A stretch of DNA of 32,000 bases, taken from positions 1,440,001 through 1,472,000 of the forward strand of contig NC_010655.1 of assembly GCF_000020225.1 (NCBI RefSeq). The letters are read 5' to 3'. This document shows, piece by piece, positions 28,707 to 32,000 of the stretch. The notes beneath the pieces were generated by a model. That model saw nothing but the letters and a program-made list of their open reading frames with translations. It made no database searches and was not told the origin of the DNA. The stretch's first letter is position 1. The number at the start of each line of letters is the position of its first letter. A program made the position numbers and the translations under genes. Source of the DNA: Akkermansia muciniphila ATCC BAA-835 (GTDB taxonomy: Bacteria > Verrucomicrobiota > Verrucomicrobiia > Verrucomicrobiales > Akkermansiaceae).

Positions 28707-30584
28707 TCAGAGGGCTGCCTGGTAAATGCTGAACATCAGAATGGCCATTCCCGTGAGGGCTGCGCCTGCAATGATGCCGGAGGCGGTGGGGACTTTATAT
28801 TCTCGTGATTTGGCCTTGAAAAGATGGTCCGCAGCCCAGCCGAGCACAGCTCCTGTAAAGAAAAGGAAGGAGTCGTTCCACTGGATGGCCCAGGCCAGGC
28901 CGAAGCCGATGGGGGTGGGGAGCCATTTTCCTGTCCGGGGAATATAGCGGGGAATAAGCACCAGAATGAGTCCGAGAATACCGCCTGCAATGATGGAAAG
29001 CACCTTGATGCTGTGCAAATGGCTGAACCCCATGCCCAGTGCTTCCGCTGTGGCCGCCCATGTTCTGGCTCCCGGAGCATTGAAAGCCTGGAGAGCGTTC
29101 GCATCCGGAACCATGGAGCGGAAGGCCAGCACGGAGACGAGGGTTCCCAGAAAAATTCCGGAAAACTGGGCGATGAATTGTTTGCGGGGGTTAGCTCCCA
29201 GCAGGTAGCCTACTTTGAGGTCTACGAGCAGGTCTGCCGAGGAACTGGACGCTCCTGAAGTGATATTGGCCGCCATCAGGTTGGCTGTTACGTGCCCGGG
29301 TGCAATCCCTCCGAAGATGAGCTGTGTAACTTTTCCCATGGCTCCGGTGGGTGTAATATTGGCTTCTCCGGTGATTCGGCAGACGACCAGCGCCAGGAAA
29401 AAGGATATGACTACCGCGATGCAGCTCATCCAGTACGGAACGTTAAATGATGTATGAGCCAGATAGCCGAGAGCTCCCAGAGAGATAAGCTGGCCTGTTA
29501 GAAACCAGCTCATGGGCGTTTCTATTTTTTCCACATCTGTCAGTTTTCGTTTTTTACTCAGGGAAAACATGGCACCCAGGGAAGAAAAGGAACGAACAAT
29601 GCTTTTCCATTGGAATAGGAAAGCCACAATGCTGGCGACGACCATGCAGGCGGTTCCTCCCCACAGGGTCCAGCTTACGCTCTCCCGATAACCTGCTCCC
29701 GCGGGAAGCAATTTCTGGCTTTCCAGCCACGGAACGTAAAGAGCCCAGCAAACGGTTCCTCCGATGAAGAGGCTGAGGGATGTTTTCATGCCTACCAGAG
29801 CTCCCGCACCCACGAACATGAGATCCCATTTGAAGAAGATAGTACGCTGGTACCAGTTGCCGAGGATATGTTGCTGGACCGTTCCAAGCCATCGTTCTCC
29901 TCCTGCAGCCATGGCGATGGCATTAGCGGCGGCGAAAAGGGCAGAATAAAGAAGGGCTTTGGCCTGTCCCGCCGCCTTTTTGCCTTCAGAATAGAGAACT
30001 TTGAGGGTTTCCGCCGTAGCAATACTGTCTGGGAACCTTATTTGTTCAATGTTGATCATCTGGCGTTTCATCGGAATGGCCATGGTGACACCCAGTACGG
30101 CAATGAAAAATATCCAGGCGAAGGTAGTGCCAAGAGGCATGTGCTGTCCTGTCAGCAGGAGCAGGGCGGCTACGGCAGAGGTGAGGGTTCCCCCTGTAGA
30201 ATAGCCTGCAGAACTGGCAGCGGACTGCATGCATGTATTTTCCAGAATAGTCATGGGGGATTTGGAAATGCCCAGGCGCACAAAGGCGTTCCAGAGGGCA
30301 AAAGAGATAATTCCTGCCGTCAGAGCCACCCCAAAGGACCATCCCATTTTGAGGTTGGCGTACAGATTAGTGAGGGAAAGGATGGAGCCTAGAAGCATGC
30401 CTACGATGACGGCTCTCCAGGTAAGCTGCTTCATTCTGTCTCCGGAACCCAGATAAACTTGATCGTACCATTGCTGTTCTACTTCATCCGGAGTACCTTG
30501 GAATCCATCCAGAGGCAGCGGTTTTTCCAAGCAGGAGGGGAGAGGGCTGGAAGATTGGGGGGACGTAGATGCCATACAGTTCAT
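28707..30584 (-). CDS. OPT-family oligopeptide transporter
   Basis: The ORF is 625 aa and polytopic. The N-terminal region QLTWRAVIVGMLLGSILSLTNLYANLKMGWSFGVALTA is typical of the bacterial OPT family, and the protein is hydrophobic throughout. Confidence 0.85.
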   Translation of the reverse strand: MNCMASTSPQSSSPLPSCLEKPLPLDGFQGTPDEVEQQWYDQVYLGSGDRMKQLTWRAVIVGMLLGSILSLTNLYANLKMGWSFGVALTAGIISFALWNAFVRLGISKSPMTILENTCMQSAASSAGYSTGGTLTSAVAALLLLTGQHMPLGTTFAWIFFIAVLGVTMAIPMKRQMINIEQIRFPDSIATAETLKVLYSEGKKAAGQAKALLYSALFAAANAIAMAAGGERWLGTVQQHILGNWYQRTIFFKWDLMFVGAGALVGMKTSLSLFIGGTVCWALYVPWLESQKLLPAGAGYRESVSWTLWGGTACMVVASIVAFLFQWKSIVRSFSSLGAMFSLSKKRKLTDVEKIETPMSWFLTGQLISLGALGYLAHTSFNVPYWMSCIAVVISFFLALVVCRITGEANITPTGAMGKVTQLIFGGIAPGHVTANLMAANITSGASSSSADLLVDLKVGYLLGANPRKQFIAQFSGIFLGTLVSVLAFRSMVPDANALQAFNAPGARTWAATAEALGMGFSHLHSIKVLSIIAGGILGLILVLIPRYIPRTGKWLPTPIGFGLAWAIQWNDSFLFFTGAVLGWAADHLFKAKSREYKVPTASGIIAGAALTGMAILMFSIYQAAL

Positions 30585-30695
30585 AATATAGCATTTGCGG
30601 GAGTGGTGGAAAAGTCGTATCTGTTTTTCTCTGCTTTCGGCGTTCCTTCTGCTTGAGACTTGCGTGCTTGTGACGGCCGTGGTTTAATGGGCGGC

Positions 30696-31481
30696 ATGAG
30701 CCAATCTTTTACGGATAAACTTGCCGCCCGCATTAAAGAGACCGGTTCCGCCTTGTGTGTCGGGTTGGATCCGCGCCCCGGCATGGATGATTTGGAGGCG
30801 ATTCCTGCGCTGTTGCGGAAGGTTGTGGAGGAAACCGCTCCATATGCGGCAGCGTTTAAGCCGAATATTGCCTATTTTGAAGCCATGGGGTTGCGCGGTC
30901 TGGAAATACTTGAGGATTTGCTTCCGGATATGCCTAAGGATGTTCCGGTGGTGCTGGATGCTAAGCGTGGAGATATTGGAGAGACTCAGAAGTATTACGC
31001 TCATGCTTACTTTGAACGCCTGGGTGTGGACGCTGTGACGTTGAGTCCTTTTATGGGATATGATACGCTGGAGCCTTTTCTGAATTATGAAGGTAAAGGT
31101 GTTTATCTGCTGGCAGTTACTTCCAATCCCGGTTCTGCGGATGTGGAACGGCAGGAACTGGCAGGGGGCCGCAGGGTTTTTGAACTGGTGGGAGACATGG
31201 TGCTCCGCTCTGTCCGGGAAGGCTGTAAAACTTCCGTAGGCATGGTGGTTGGTTTGACCAATGCAGATTCCAGTATTCTGGAGCGTATTCCGGATGCTCC
31301 TTTGCTCATTCCCGGCCTGGGTGCTCAAGGCGGTGATCTTTCCTGCCTGAGTGGTTCCGGTCACGTGGCGCCTCCCCTGATTAATGTCTCTCGAGGAATC
31401 ATGTACCAGAATCCGGAATTGGGTTTTGCTGAGAAGGCCGCCGGATTTGCTCAGCGCATTCGAGAGGCATTGAATTATTGA
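30696..31481 (+). CDS. pyrF: Orotidine 5'-phosphate decarboxylase (type 2)
   Basis: The motifs LCVGLDP, FKPNIAYFEA and VVLDAKRGDIGET match long-form PyrF. The track ORF starts at a TTG at 30660. The ATGs at 30687 and 30696 are more plausible starts. Confidence 0.9.
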   Translation: MSQSFTDKLAARIKETGSALCVGLDPRPGMDDLEAIPALLRKVVEETAPYAAAFKPNIAYFEAMGLRGLEILEDLLPDMPKDVPVVLDAKRGDIGETQKYYAHAYFERLGVDAVTLSPFMGYDTLEPFLNYEGKGVYLLAVTSNPGSADVERQELAGGRRVFELVGDMVLRSVREGCKTSVGMVVGLTNADSSILERIPDAPLLIPGLGAQGGDLSCLSGSGHVAPPLINVSRGIMYQNPELGFAEKAAGFAQRIREALNY

Positions 31482-31603
31482 TGTTCATGTATTTTTTGCA
31501 AATAACAAAATGATAACGGCCTGCTTATGGCTGTGCATGAGCTTGTCAAAGGGAAGGGGCTGATATATTGAACAGGTGCATCCCCATTCCCTGCCCGTTT
31601 TTT

Positions 31604-32000
31604 ATGGATGAAAAGCCTGGAATTGTAAAATTCACTCCCCATTCCACTTCCAGATCCGCAATGTTGATTGCGGTGGCAGTGACAGTGGGTGTTCAGGTGG
31701 CTTTGTGTGCTGTGCTTGTAGCCATACATTTGCAGGATATGTGGTTTCCCTCCGTCCAGGGTGGGGAAGTGGAAATGACGTTTGTGTCCCCGTCCGAAGA
31801 AGTTTCTCAGGAGATGGAAGAAGTTCAGCCTACATCTGTTGTTCCGGTTGCAGCTCCTTCCACAGTCAGCCCTGTTCCGGAGATTGCGTCAGATGAAGAC
31901 TTATTGGCGATGAAGCTGCCGGAAAATGAAGATTGTTCCGAAATGAAGGATTTTCTTTTGGATGAAGCTCCTTCCGAACTCTTGCCGGAGGAGCTCGCCG
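31604..32000 (+). CDS. Hypothetical membrane-anchored protein, 3'-truncated by the window end (TonB-like architecture)
   Basis: This gene is absent from the ORF track because it is open at the window edge. My translation from the ATG at 31604 reads MDEKPGIVKFTPHSTSRSAMLIAVAVTVGVQVALCAVLVAIHLQDMWFPSVQGG...PTSVVPVAAPSTVSPVPEIASDEDLL...ELLPEELA. That is one TM helix followed by an acidic, Pro-rich linker, with no stop through position 32000. The functional call is weak. Confidence 0.45.
   Translation, partial: MDEKPGIVKFTPHSTSRSAMLIAVAVTVGVQVALCAVLVAIHLQDMWFPSVQGGEVEMTFVSPSEEVSQEMEEVQPTSVVPVAAPSTVSPVPEIASDEDLLAMKLPENEDCSEMKDFLLDEAPSELLPEELA

Overview
This is a chromosomal segment from an Akkermansia-like Verrucomicrobiota genome. 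The 16S gene contains cagcacgtgaaggtggggac and atctgaagccaaccgcaagg, which I recall (from memory, not checked) as the A. muciniphila-specific AM1/AM2 primer sites. The window is gene-dense and mostly housekeeping. It holds a partial corA (absent from the ORF track because it is open at the window edge), rplI, purH, pdxJ-acpS, GTP-dependent PEPCK, a lipoprotein MurNAc-L-Ala amidase, recG, aroB, an OPT-family transporter and pyrF. It also holds a GH89 alpha-N-acetylglucosaminidase (mucin glycan degradation) and a complete rRNA operon, 16S-tRNAAla-tRNAIle-23S-5S. I see no CRISPR array, transposase, integrase, phage genes or recognisable defence genes. Four things are less ordinary. (1) A co-directional cluster encodes a TAT-exported Gfo/Idh/MocA dehydrogenase, a pentaheme ActA-like cytochrome c and a TAT ActB-like Fe-S protein, i.e. 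only the AB part of alternative complex III. No membrane subunits ActC-F follow, and a 356-bp gap separates actA from actB. (2) Two single-gene, terminator-insulated PEP-CTERM cargo genes sit behind AT-rich upstream regions. The smaller one has its best ATG and signal peptide out of frame across an A6 tract. (3) The rRNA operon has a reversed spacer tRNA order and a purine-rich leader with periodic CCGAGGGT repeats. (4) Shine-Dalgarno sequences are almost entirely absent even though the anti-SD is intact. I cannot show that any of these is a new system. The ActAB plus periplasmic dehydrogenase cluster is the best candidate. Many long ORFs in the track are antisense shadows of real genes in this roughly 55% GC genome and were rejected.
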